From the NCBI GenBank assembly GCA_965249725.1, contig CBDFMQ010000001.1, positions 288,001 to 352,000 of the forward strand: DNA of 64,000 nt. Direction: 5' to 3'. Shown one piece after another: positions 10,344 through 19,709 of the stretch (position 1 is its first letter; each line of letters begins with the position of its first letter). Both the position numbers and the translations under genes were made by a program. Source of the DNA: Longimicrobiales bacterium (GTDB lineage: Bacteria > Gemmatimonadota > Gemmatimonadetes > Longimicrobiales > Gaopeijiaceae). Below the pieces are notes generated by a model, which saw nothing but the letters and a program-made list of their open reading frames with translations, was not told the DNA's origin and searched no databases.

Positions 10344-10784
10344 CTAGAGGTCCTCTTCCAGCGCCTGGACTCCGAGCTGGGTCTCCTCCAACCGTCGGGG
10401 CATCACCGTTTCCACTCTCTCCAGGAAGGCTGGAGACCTGACGATGGCGATGACCTGGCTCTGCGACAGCTCGACCTCGGCCGACCGGCCGCTATCACAC
10501 CGCACTTTCACGGTCGTGGGCGAGTAGATCCCGCCGGTCAGCCCGCTGACCAAGCCGTTCAGGAACGTCTGCTCGTCATGAATCGTCGCGTTGCCCGACG
10601 GACAGAGCTGACCGATGTCGAGGTCTTTCTCCCCGATGAGTCCCCCCAACCAGTGGTCCTGCCACTCCTCATGGACGACCGGACCGGCCGGCGCCCCTTG
10701 CCCGACCGTGAACGTGTGCTCGTAACAGCCTGTCGTGGCGATGACCAGCCCCAGCGCCGCCGCCACCCGTCCCATCTGGATCAT
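10344..10784 (-). CDS. Bor/Iss-family lipoprotein
   Basis: Lipobox-like IATTGC; CPSG...EQTFLNGLVSGLTGGIYSPTTVKVRC matches the lambda Bor pattern; GGGAG RBS. Confidence 0.7.
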   Translation of the reverse strand: MIQMGRVAAALGLVIATTGCYEHTFTVGQGAPAGPVVHEEWQDHWLGGLIGEKDLDIGQLCPSGNATIHDEQTFLNGLVSGLTGGIYSPTTVKVRCDSGRSAEVELSQSQVIAIVRSPAFLERVETVMPRRLEETQLGVQALEEDL

Positions 10785-11112
10785 TGATTTGCTCCCGAGA
10801 TTCGAGTCCCGACCTTGAACGGACCGTTGTCCGATTCTGTCATGAGATGGTGGTGCCGAAGGATGTCGGCGCTCCATCGAGTCACAACATAGGCAACCTA
10901 CGTGCCAAACAGTGCAAGCGCATAAAATGTTGTCAATAAGACGGTTAGCCGGATGGTACGATCAGGAGAAGTGGGCGAAAATGTCCTCTCAAGAGGACAA
11001 TCTTCAGAACCCGGCCCCGACGGAACTGGACGGCGGACCGGGCTCGGCGTCATCTTTGGGGCTTCCTTCGCAGACCTCGATTGCCCGAAACCGCCGTACA
11101 GGAGATACCGCC

Positions 11113-12729
11113 ATGCACCGGAGATCACCGGCTTCCGCCGCCCTTGCCTCACTGCTCCTCGTCACGCTCGTAGGGAGTGCGGCAGGCCAGCAGAGCTCCG
11201 ATCTCGAGATGCCGGAGAGCTTCAAGGAGCCCATGCCGCTTTTCGCGAAGGGCCTCGGGCCGTTCGCGCGGACCGTCACGACGGACTCTCCTGACGCTCA
11301 GGCGTTCTTCAACCAGGGCATCCAGTTGATGTATGCCTTCACGCCCGAGGACGCGGCGCGCTCGTTCCGCGAGGCGCAGCTCCGCGACCCCGACTGTGCG
11401 ATGTGTTATTGGGGAGAGGCGTGGGCGTGGGGGCCTTATATGAACGGTCCCATGGGTCCCGGATCGCTTCCTCGTGCGCAGGCCGCCATGAAGAAGGCGC
11501 AGGAGCACGCGCCCGACCACGCCAACGAGGTGGAGCGTGACCTGATCGAAGCCATGGCGATCCGGTACACGGGCCGAACGGACCGTACCCCGCAGATCCA
11601 GATCGATACGATCTACGCCGAGGCCATGGGGAAGGTCTTCGGCGACCACCCCAACGACCTGGACGTCGGGTTCTTCTACGGCGAGGGGTTCATGCTCTTG
11701 GAGCCTCGTAGGGGCACCTGGGACGGCGATCGGGCCGAGATCCAGCGCATTCACGCCATCCTGGAGGACGTCCTCGCTCAAGACATCACCCATCCCGGGG
11801 TGTGTCACCTCTACATCCACGCCACCGAGTCGACGACGAGGCCCGACAAGGCCGAAGCGTGTGCCGATCATCTGGGCAACTCCATCCCGGGCGCCAGCCA
11901 CATCAACCACATGCCGTCCCACACCTACAATCGTGTAGGCCGTTGGGACGAGGCCGTACGTGGCAACCTTCAGGCGTTCCACTCGGACCAGGCGGCGGCG
12001 TATGGCGAGGGCTTTGCCATCTATCCCTCGCACAACCTGCACATGCTCTTGTTCGCGGCCTCGATGGGCGGCCAGGGTGCGGTGGCCATTCAAGCCGGTG
12101 AGGACTACGCCGAAGCCACCGGTGGGGCGGAGTATTACGAGGTACTGACCAAGCTGCGTTTTGGTCGATTCGAGGAGATCCTCGAGATGGACAACGATGC
12201 GGACAACCCGATCTTCCGAGGGCTTACCGACTTCGGTTTCGGCTACGCCCATCTTCGCCAGGGTCACGTCGCGGTAGCGCGGGGGTACCTGGACGCGGTC
12301 CGGACGGTGGCTCGCGAAGAGGATGAGGCTGAGTTTCGCGGCCACACGGCGGAGGACCTACTAGGTGTGGTCGGCGGCATCCTCGAGGGTGAGATCCTGC
12401 TGGAAGAGGGTGATCTCGACATGGCCGTCCAGGCGCTGGAAAGGGCGGTGGAGATCGAGGACGGGCTCCGGTACGACGAGCCTGAACCCTTGAACTTCTC
12501 GGCGCGTCATTGGCTCGGAGCCGCGCTCCTCGAGGCCGGGCAGCCCGCCCGAGCCGAGGCCGTCTACCGAGGGGCCCTGGTCGATCATCCCCACAACGGG
12601 TGGTCGCTCTTCGGGCTGGAGCAGGCGCTTCGCGCTCAAGACCGCCCGGCGGAGGCCGATGAGGCTCTGGCGGCCTTCAAGATCGCGTGGGCCGATGCCG
12701 ACACTTGGATCCGGGCCTCTCGCTTTTAG
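11113..12729 (+). CDS. Secreted tetratricopeptide-repeat protein
   Basis: GGAG RBS, signal peptide; AQAFFNQG, DPDCAMCYWGEAW, CHLYIHATE, HINHMPSH, HPHNGWSLFGL. Confidence 0.75.
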   Translation: MHRRSPASAALASLLLVTLVGSAAGQQSSDLEMPESFKEPMPLFAKGLGPFARTVTTDSPDAQAFFNQGIQLMYAFTPEDAARSFREAQLRDPDCAMCYWGEAWAWGPYMNGPMGPGSLPRAQAAMKKAQEHAPDHANEVERDLIEAMAIRYTGRTDRTPQIQIDTIYAEAMGKVFGDHPNDLDVGFFYGEGFMLLEPRRGTWDGDRAEIQRIHAILEDVLAQDITHPGVCHLYIHATESTTRPDKAEACADHLGNSIPGASHINHMPSHTYNRVGRWDEAVRGNLQAFHSDQAAAYGEGFAIYPSHNLHMLLFAASMGGQGAVAIQAGEDYAEATGGAEYYEVLTKLRFGRFEEILEMDNDADNPIFRGLTDFGFGYAHLRQGHVAVARGYLDAVRTVAREEDEAEFRGHTAEDLLGVVGGILEGEILLEEGDLDMAVQALERAVEIEDGLRYDEPEPLNFSARHWLGAALLEAGQPARAEAVYRGALVDHPHNGWSLFGLEQALRAQDRPAEADEALAAFKIAWADADTWIRASRF

Positions 12730-12748
12730 GGCCTCATAGGAGATAGTC

Positions 12749-13594
12749 GTGCGCGATCTCCTGATGTCGGTCATCAAGATCGCGGTATTCGCCTACCTGG
12801 GGTACGCGCTCGTCCTGTTCCTCCTCCAGCGACGGATGTTGTTCCCGGGCGGTGAAAGGGTCCCTGAGAGAGGTGCGTCGTCCGACCTGGGGCCCGGAGT
12901 CCATCGCGTGCGGTTGGAGTTGTACTCGGGGCTCGTCGAGGCCTGGTACATGGAGCCCGAAGAGACCGGGGCTCCCGGCCCGGCACTCGTCTTCGCGCAC
13001 GGCAATGCCGAGCTCATCGAGGACTGGACCGCTCTTGGAGAGCTGACACAGTTCGGCCTGGGCGTTCTGCTCGTCGAGTTCCCGGGTTACGGCCATTCGG
13101 AAGGCCAGCCGTCCCGAAGCGACATCGGTGAGGCCTTCAAGGCCGGGTACGACTGGCTCGTCGCGCGGCCCGAGGTCGATCCCGAGCGGGTCGTGGTCAT
13201 GGGGCGTTCTATCGGGGGTGGGGTCGCCACGGACCTGGCGGCGAGCCGGCCGACGCGGGCGCTGATCCTCCAGTCTACTTTCAGCTCGGTGTCCAGGATG
13301 GCGTGGGAGGCCTTCAAGGCGCCGGGGTTGCTTCTCCGTGATGCCTTCGACAACGAGAAGGTCCTTCGGTCCTTCGACGGCCCGGTGCTACTCATGCACG
13401 GGGTACATGACGACGTGATTCCTTTCACTCACGCGCGTGCGTTGGCCGCGGACCGACCCGATGCCGAATTGATCGAGTGGGACTGCGCTCACAACGACTG
13501 TCCCCCGGATTGGGACGCATTCATCTCGGATGTGACGAACTTCCTGGCCGATCACTCCGTGATCTCGGCCGGTGACGGGCCGAACGTGCCGTGA
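12749..13594 (+). CDS. Alpha/beta hydrolase (ABHD17/Bem46-like), membrane anchored
   Basis: HGNAE, PGYGHSEG, GRSIGG nucleophile elbow, HGVHDDVIP, HND. Confidence 0.85.
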   Translation: MRDLLMSVIKIAVFAYLGYALVLFLLQRRMLFPGGERVPERGASSDLGPGVHRVRLELYSGLVEAWYMEPEETGAPGPALVFAHGNAELIEDWTALGELTQFGLGVLLVEFPGYGHSEGQPSRSDIGEAFKAGYDWLVARPEVDPERVVVMGRSIGGGVATDLAASRPTRALILQSTFSSVSRMAWEAFKAPGLLLRDAFDNEKVLRSFDGPVLLMHGVHDDVIPFTHARALAADRPDAELIEWDCAHNDCPPDWDAFISDVTNFLADHSVISAGDGPNVP

Positions 13595-13708
13595 GTCGGG
13601 ATGGAGGGCGGGGTGAGGGGGGCACAAAGCGAGGCCGCCGATCGCTTCTCGCCAAGGGAAATTATCGACGGCCTCACCTAATGCACGCCCTGACAGCTGG
13701 CGTCTTAG

Positions 13709-14221
13709 TTGAATACGACAGGCAACCGATCTTGTTTCCGGTTGCGCGCGAGGACGGCCTCCACGATGGGAGTTCCGGTCGCAGATCAGACGTGTTGCCG
13801 ACGTGGGGAAGTCACCACTTATGCCTTCGCTGGCCAGCCCGACGCCGTTTCGCTACAGCGTCTGGCCCAGGAGGGAGTCAAGACGGTCGTCAACATTCGG
13901 CGACCCTCTGAGTTGGAGGGTCTCGGCTTCGACGAACCTTCCGTAGTGGGGGAGACGGGGATGGCCTACCTGAACATCCCGGTGACACCGGCCACGCTCT
14001 CAACGGATGACGTGGACCAGCTCGCCGAGATTCTCGCGCGAGCGGAAGGTCCTGTGATGCTGCACTGCGGATCCTCGAACCGCGCCGGAGGCCTTTGGGC
14101 CACCTACCTAGTGCGGCATCGTGGGGTGGACCTCGAGGCCGCCATCGACATCGGCAAGGCCGCCGGCCTCCGGAGTGAATCGATGATTGCTGCCGTGCGC
14201 CGGGTCGCCGCTGATCCCTAG
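13709..14221 (+). CDS. DUF442/Blh-type phosphatase-like or sulfur-transferase domain protein (start uncertain)
   Basis: AGQPD, GVKTVVNIRRPSE, YLNIPV, PVMLHCGSSNRAG (HCx4R-type loop). Confidence 0.7.
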   Translation: MNTTGNRSCFRLRARTASTMGVPVADQTCCRRGEVTTYAFAGQPDAVSLQRLAQEGVKTVVNIRRPSELEGLGFDEPSVVGETGMAYLNIPVTPATLSTDDVDQLAEILARAEGPVMLHCGSSNRAGGLWATYLVRHRGVDLEAAIDIGKAAGLRSESMIAAVRRVAADP

Positions 14222-14372
14222 GCTATGGCCGATCCCGAGGCTATGAAGGCCCTCATCCCCAGGCTTTGAAGGCCTTCAGGGGCGAAATCGCGTCTGTTCC
14301 CCTATTTTGTGGCCAGCCGGGGCGCCGCCTAACGTTCGCCCCATTCATCACGGAGCCAGCAGGGAGACATCT

Positions 14373-14807
14373 ATGAGTTCAGAGCCCGAGGTACCCGTCG
14401 ACCGGAGGGACAAAGACACCCCCGAGACCCTTCGTCTGCGAGGCATGTCGGCCATGCTGACCGTAGGGGACATCGACGCGAGTCTCGCGTGGTATCGCGA
14501 CGTGGTCGGATTTCATGTGCAGGAGCTTTGGGAGCACGAGGGCAAGGTAGGTGGTGCCGCGCTCGTGGCAGGCGCCACCAACATCTTCTTGGGACAGGAC
14601 GACTGGGCCAAGGGGCGCGATAGGGTGAAGGGCGAGGGCTTCCGGCTGATCCTGGAATCCACCGGGGACGTAGATGCCCTCGCGGCGGCGATCGAGGCAC
14701 GGGGAGGCACCCTGGATAGCCCCCCGGCGGACAACCCCTGGGGTCGTGCGTTCAGCCTCGTCGATCCCGACGGATTCAAGATGACGATCTCCACAAAGCC
14801 GGAGTAA
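14373..14807 (+). CDS. VOC/glyoxalase family protein
   Basis: GGGAG RBS; LTVGDIDASLAWYRDVVGF...PWGRAFSLVDPDGFKMTI. Confidence 0.85.
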   Translation: MSSEPEVPVDRRDKDTPETLRLRGMSAMLTVGDIDASLAWYRDVVGFHVQELWEHEGKVGGAALVAGATNIFLGQDDWAKGRDRVKGEGFRLILESTGDVDALAAAIEARGGTLDSPPADNPWGRAFSLVDPDGFKMTISTKPE

Positions 14808-14912
14808 CGGACGGGAGACCGTCTACCAGCGATATCAGACCGGGACTATCTTTGTGCGACGGTCCCACCGGGGTTCATTGACGTGAACTCCGGTGGGCCG
14901 TCTTCACGAAGA

Positions 14913-14953
14913 GGGGCCATAGCTCAGTTGGGAGAGCGCTGGCTTTGCAAGCC
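14913..14953 (+). pseudogene. 5' half of tRNA-Ala(TGC), truncated after the anticodon loop (probable att site)
   Basis: GGGGCCATAGCTCAGTTGGGAGAGCGCTGGCTTTGCAAGCC then unrelated sequence; no T-arm or acceptor 3' strand follows. Confidence 0.8.
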
Positions 14954-15056
14954 CGCCGGACAGACGCCGATTTTCCCAATTCTCCAGTAAACATAAGGGA
15001 TTCGTTCACTAGTCCCGAGTACCGTTTTCAGCCCATACACGGGGTTAGAGTACGCC

Positions 15057-15250
15057 AACGTGCACACGAACGTGCACACTCTTCAGATGGGGGAGGGGCT
15101 TCGGCCTCTCCCCTCACGCGCGCGGCTTTTCCTCAGTGGTATGCGCACTCAAAACCCCCTTCTCCTGCCTATGGGGCAGGCGGTCGGTGCCTCGTTCGTC
15201 CTTTCGCTAGGCCAAGCCTCCCCCGCGTTGTGCACGTTGTTGTGCACGTT
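15057..15250. repeat. Two tandem pairs of AACGTGCACA repeats in inverted orientation (integrase arm-site-like)
   Basis: AACGTGCACAC x2 at 15057-15079 and GTTGTGCACGTT x2 at 15227-15250, each pair with 12-bp period. Confidence 0.75.
15090..15113. terminator. GC hairpin with TTCG loop
   Basis: GGGGAGGGGC-TTCG-GCCTCTCCCC. Confidence 0.45.
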
Positions 15251-15636
15251 CGGGCTTGGTAGAGGCCCTCTTTCCGTAGTCACCTCACAGCGTCGGCCAG
15301 CCTAAAGATTCTTCAACGACCGCGCCTGTTCTATTCTATACTTCCGCCCTCGCATTTCTTCGGGGTTTTGAATCTTCGTTGGACGCCAGGGTAGGTCCGC
15401 CTCGGACTCAATGAGGCGCACGCGCTTCGCTTGTGATCAGCACATCACTCGCGCAGCACTAAAATTGGTCTGCTGCGCCGTACCAACAGGTTTTTGCTGC
15501 GCGGGTCTGAGCCTGAAGGCAAGGAAATCGCTCACCCATTGTTGCGCCACTGGGGAAGAGTGGCCGATGATGGGGGCGAAATCGTGCAGTACAATAGGAG
15601 TTAGGCTGATTCCCAGATTTCTTGGAGCGCCGAGGA

Positions 15637-16098
15637 ATGGACCGAAAGACCGTGATCGAGGTTGTCGGCGTCCTCGGCGTGATGGGCTCCCTATTGTTCG
15701 TCGGCGCGGAGGTCCGACAAAGCGCAGAGGCGACTCGCGCGGCCACCGTCCTCCAGCTCAAACAGAACTGGATCCAGCTGAACCTCACGTATCTCGAGGT
15801 GCCGGAACTGGCGGTTGCCTTCCCCAAGATGGACAGCGTCGGCTACGCCAACGTAGATGTACGATCTCGTTTCCTTGTCACGTCGTCGTACCGAGTGATT
15901 CTGCAGAACTGGTCAAACGCGTACTACCAGAAACGTATTGGCACGCTTGATGACGAGCAGTGGCTGCCGTTTCTGCGCGACATCGAGTACGAATCGCGTA
16001 GAGCAAAGCTCTGGGACATCTGGGACGGGCAGAAGTACGGGTTTGATGATCCATTCCGAAGCCTCATGGACAGTCTCAAGGCTGTGAATTTCGATTGA
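15637..16098 (+). CDS. Integron cassette gene 1, hypothetical protein with N-terminal TM anchor
   Basis: Preceded by GTTAGGC (15600-15606) and followed by attC; EVVGVLGVMGSLLFVGAEVRQS. Confidence 0.75.
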   Translation: MDRKTVIEVVGVLGVMGSLLFVGAEVRQSAEATRAATVLQLKQNWIQLNLTYLEVPELAVAFPKMDSVGYANVDVRSRFLVTSSYRVILQNWSNAYYQKRIGTLDDEQWLPFLRDIEYESRRAKLWDIWDGQKYGFDDPFRSLMDSLKAVNFD

Positions 16099-16111
16099 GC
16101 CAGCAGAATCA

Positions 16112-16211
16112 GCCTAACAAGCGATTGCTGCAGTCGCGGTAGGCACCTGGCTCGCGCGCTTCGCTTGCGGTCGGCATCTTGGTCGCGCAGCAGAATCGCA
16201 ATCCGTTAGGC
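16112..16211 (+). mobile_element. Integron attC site 1
   Basis: GCCTAAC (R'') ... GTTAGGC (R'); inner imperfect palindrome GCGATTGCTGC/GCAGCAGAATCGC; 100 bp, just after a stop codon. Confidence 0.85.
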
Positions 16212-16288
16212 CGCGCATCGTCACGGGACGAACAGGTGTGAAACGGTCCATCCAGAAGTCGCAGGCAACACAGCCCAGGCGGGGCCAA

Positions 16289-16816
16289 ATGACTAACGAA
16301 TCCAAGCGGGAAATGGTCGCTGCCGTTGGTGTGATCGTGGGCCTGGTATTCGTCGGTCTCCAGGTCAGGCAGAGCAACGTCCAGGCTAAGGCAGCTGCGT
16401 ATCAGGCGATCGGTATCCAAACGTCTCAGTATTTCCTGAACAGAGACGCCCGCGTTAATCGACTGTATACGGAGGCGAACTACTCGGAGGCACTCAGCCG
16501 CTGGACGCTCGGTGACTGGGAAGTTTACTCAAGTGACATGCTCGCCGGGCTTCGGATGTTGGAGACCGTCCAACTTCAGGTTTCTCAAGGATTACTTGAT
16601 CCGGAGGCCATGGAGAGTCTTGGGTACTCCCTAGATGACCACCAAGCCCTTGCGACTCCGGGCTTTGTTTGTCTGTGGCCCACCATCCGCGGCGCGGTTG
16701 GATCGTCTCTCCGCGACTTGATCGAGGAGTCAGTTCAGGAGTACGGCATCGAGTGCCCGATCGACGTTCAATCGCTGCAGGACCAGGTCGCCGACTCGGC
16801 TACGGGGCGGCGATGA
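16289..16816 (+). CDS. Integron cassette gene 2, hypothetical protein with N-terminal TM anchor (similar N-terminus to cassette 1)
   Basis: EMVAAVGVIVGLVFVGLQVRQS; flanked by attC1 and attC2. Confidence 0.75.
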   Translation: MTNESKREMVAAVGVIVGLVFVGLQVRQSNVQAKAAAYQAIGIQTSQYFLNRDARVNRLYTEANYSEALSRWTLGDWEVYSSDMLAGLRMLETVQLQVSQGLLDPEAMESLGYSLDDHQALATPGFVCLWPTIRGAVGSSLRDLIEESVQEYGIECPIDVQSLQDQVADSATGRR

Positions 16817-16904
16817 TGCAGGTGCCTTTCCCACATCGGTGAGGCCCCAAGGATCGGACGTGACGCCGATGCCCCGGAGGAAGTGTCAGGGGACCAACCG
16901 CGCG

Positions 16905-17005
16905 GTCTAACAAGCGATTGCTGCAATCGCGGTAAAAATCGGGCTCGCGCGCTTCGCTTGCGGTCACCACATTAGCTGCGCAGCAGAATCGTAAATCCGT
17001 TAGAG
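16905..17005 (+). mobile_element. Integron attC site 2
   Basis: GTCTAAC ... GTTAGAG; highly similar to attC1 (AAGCGATTGCTGCA, GGCTCGCGCGCTTCGCTTGCGGTC, GCGCAGCAGAATCG). Confidence 0.85.
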
Positions 17006-17024
17006 AGCCCTCCAGCTGAGGACG

Positions 17025-17360
17025 GTGGTGACGCGCTCGACTATTCCGTGGCGACGGATCTTGGCCGAGGGAGCTGTGATCGTGGGGAGCATCCTCCTCG
17101 CGCTGTTCCTCGATGCCTGGTGGGCCTCGCTCCAGCAAGATCGGGAGTATCAAGACGTTCTCGTGGCGTTGACCGCCGAGTTCGAGGAGATCAGCCGGCA
17201 GATAGAGTTACATGAGTCCCAGTCAACCGCCATCAACCAACAGGCTGCCTCGATCGTCGGTGTGCTCCGTTCGAGCTCCGGCAGCGTTGAGATACCTGTC
17301 TGCGATGTCGTCGCACTCGTCAGACGTCCTACGCTGGACCTTCCCGGTGGAGAACTCGAT
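17025..17360 (+). pseudogene. Integron cassette gene 3, TM-anchored hypothetical truncated by the IS
   Basis: IPWRRILAEGAVIVGSILLALFLDAWW; the frame runs into the IS left end at 17361. Confidence 0.7.
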
Positions 17361-17433
17361 CCCTCTCTGCCAACTTAGGTGAGACACGGAACGAGTAAAG
17401 AATTAGAGTAGGGCGAAGGCAGAGAAACCGAGG

Positions 17434-17886
17434 ATGCTGAGACACCGAGAGAGAATGGAAGAGAATGGAATCGCCCCACTAACCTGGGAGGGTAAGCGAA
17501 GCGCGGCAGCTGCTCCGGACGCGGAGGTGGTAGATAAGCCGACGCGCCGACGGTTTAGTCCGTCGTACAAGCTGCGGGTCGTCGAAGAAGCGGACCGGTG
17601 CACGGAGCCGGGAGAGGTAGGGCGACTCCTGCGACGGGAGGGCTTGTACTCGTCGCACCTGACGACATGGCGCAAGGCGGTGCGGAGTGGGTCGCTGAGA
17701 GCGCTGTCGAAGAGACGAGGTCGAAAGCCGAGCGAACGGAATCCGCTGGAGGGGAAAGTGCGCAAGCTGGAGCGCGAGAACACTCGCCTGGAGAAGGAAC
17801 TCGAGAAGGCGCGCCTGATCCTCGACGTCCAGGGAAAAGTTGCAGGGCTGCTGGGATTGAGCCTCGAGGACGGGACGAACTCGTGA
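17434..17886 (+). CDS. IS3 transposase OrfA (HTH + coiled coil)
   Basis: RRRFSPSYKLRVVEEAD...LLRREGLYSSHLTTWRK...LERENTRLEKELEKA. Confidence 0.9.
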   Translation: MLRHRERMEENGIAPLTWEGKRSAAAAPDAEVVDKPTRRRFSPSYKLRVVEEADRCTEPGEVGRLLRREGLYSSHLTTWRKAVRSGSLRALSKRRGRKPSERNPLEGKVRKLERENTRLEKELEKARLILDVQGKVAGLLGLSLEDGTNS

Positions 17887-18890
17887 AGGCGGCCGAGGCG
17901 CTGGCCACGTACGTAGGGGTAAAGCCCGCGTGCGATGCGCTCAGGGTCGCCCGAGCCACGTTCTATCGTCGTCGGAGGCCATCGACCGGGCATCAGCAGC
18001 CCCGCCCGACCCCAGCCCGTGCCTTGAGCGAGAAGGAACGAGACAAGGTCTTCGACACGCTGTGTTCGGAGCGATTCGTGGACCGGTCCCCGGCCGAGGT
18101 TGTGGCGACCCTGCTCGACGAAGACGTCTACCTGTGCAGCGAACGTACGATGTATCGCGTTCTGGCCTCCCAAGTGCCAGTTCGAGAGCGCCGAGCGCAG
18201 CGGAGTCATCCCGAATACCAGAAACCCGAGTTGATGGCGACGGGCCCGGGCCAGGTCTGGTCCTGGGATATCACACGGCTGCTGGGGCCGAGGAAGTGGA
18301 GCTACTTCTACCTCTACGTTATCATGGACATCTTCAGCCGCTACATCGTGGGATGGATGGTGGCGGATCGGGAGAGCTCGGCCTTGGCCGGGCGCCTGAT
18401 CCAGCAGAGTTGCCTGAAGCATGGCGTCCAGCCCCAGGTCCTGACCTTGCACTCGGATCGAGGAGCTCCGATGACGAGCCAATGCACGGCTCAGCTCCTC
18501 GCCGATCTCGGGGTGACCCGCTCGCTGAGCCGACCTCAGGTGTCGGATGACAATCCGTTCTCCGAAGCCCAGTTCAAGACCTTGAAGTACCATCCCTCGT
18601 TTCCTGGACGGTTCGAGGATCAGGGCCAGGCCAAAACCTTCTGTCGCTCGTTCTTCCGCTGGTACAACGCCGAGCACCGCCATGGTGGTATCTCGATGCT
18701 GACCCCCGAACAGGTCCACTTCGGGAATGCAGATCAGGTCATCGCCGGCAGGCAGGCCGTGCTACGCGAGGCCTGGGCCGCTCATCCCGACCGCTTCGTC
18801 TCCGGTGAGCCGAAGCCCAAACCGCTCCCGGAGGCCGTCTGGATCAATCCTCCAACCCCCTCCCTCACGACACAGGAGATTGCTCTCTAA
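17883..18890 (+). CDS. IS3 transposase OrfB (DDE/rve core)
   Basis: WSWDIT, DIFSRYIVGW, LHSDRG, DNPFSEAQFKTLK; GTGA overlap; slippery G GGA AAA at 17832-17838 would give a -1 OrfAB fusion. Confidence 0.9.
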   Translation: MKAAEALATYVGVKPACDALRVARATFYRRRRPSTGHQQPRPTPARALSEKERDKVFDTLCSERFVDRSPAEVVATLLDEDVYLCSERTMYRVLASQVPVRERRAQRSHPEYQKPELMATGPGQVWSWDITRLLGPRKWSYFYLYVIMDIFSRYIVGWMVADRESSALAGRLIQQSCLKHGVQPQVLTLHSDRGAPMTSQCTAQLLADLGVTRSLSRPQVSDDNPFSEAQFKTLKYHPSFPGRFEDQGQAKTFCRSFFRWYNAEHRHGGISMLTPEQVHFGNADQVIAGRQAVLREAWAAHPDRFVSGEPKPKPLPEAVWINPPTPSLTTQEIAL

Positions 18891-18928
18891 TTAATTCCCA
18901 AGAGTGTCTCACTGGCGTTGACAGGCTC

Positions 18929-19709
18929 CGCTGCACAGGTAGACGTCTTCGTCGAGCAGGGTCGCCACAACCTCGGCCGGGGACCGGTCCACGAATCGCT
19001 CCGAACACAGCGTGTCGAAGACCTTGTCTCGTTCCTTCTCGCTCAAGGCACGGGCTGGGGTCGGGCGGGGCTGCTGATGCCCGGTCGATGGCCTCCGACG
19101 ACGATAGAACGTGGCTCGGGCGACCCTGAGCGCATCGCACGCGGGCTTTACCCCTACGTACGTGGCCAGCGCCTCGGCCGCCTTCACGAGTTCGTCCCGT
19201 CCTCGAGGCTCAATCCCAGCAGCCCTGCAACTTTTCCCTGGACGTCGAGGATCAGGCGCGCCTTCTCGAGTTCCTTCTCCAGGCGAGTGTTCTCGCGCTC
19301 CAGCTTGCGCACTTTCCCCTCCAGCGGATTCCGTTCGCTCGGCTTTCGACCTCGTCTCTTCGACAGCGCTCTCAGCGACCCACTCCGCACCGCCTTGCGC
19401 CATGTCGTCAGGTGCGACGAGTACAAGCCCTCCCGTCGCAGGAGTCGCCCTACCTCTCCCGGCTCCGTGCACCGGTCCGCTTCTTCGACGACCCGCAGCT
19501 TGTACGACGGACTAAACCGTCGGCGCGTCGGCTTATCTACCACCTCCGCGTCCGGAGCAGCTGCCGCGCTTCGCTTACCCTCCCAGGTTAGTGGGGCGAT
19601 TCCATTCTCTTCCATTCTCTCTCGGTGTCTCAGCATCCTCGGTTTCTCTGCCTTCGCCCTACTCTAATTCTTTACTCGTTCCGTGTCTCACCTAAGTTGG
19701 CAGAGAGGG
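18929..19709 (-). mobile_element. Truncated inverted copy 2 of the same IS3 (left end, orfA, start of orfB)
   Basis: Reverse complement of 17361-18141; orfA at 19184-19636. Confidence 0.9.

Larger units (their letters stand above)
17361..18930 (+). mobile_element. IS3-family insertion sequence, full copy
   Basis: Imperfect IRs TGCCAACTTAGGTGAGACAC (17368) and GTGTCTCACTGGCGTTGACA (ends 18923); orfA plus DDE orfB. Confidence 0.9.

Noticed and set aside
14214..14275. Three degenerate ATCCCnAGGCT(A/T)TG(AAGGCC) repeats
   Set aside because: Too short and irregular, with no unique spacers and no cas genes; not a CRISPR array.
14860..14900. Strong hairpin just upstream of the tRNA-Ala fragment
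   Set aside because: Consistent with an ordinary terminator or tRNA leader; nothing more specific is supported.
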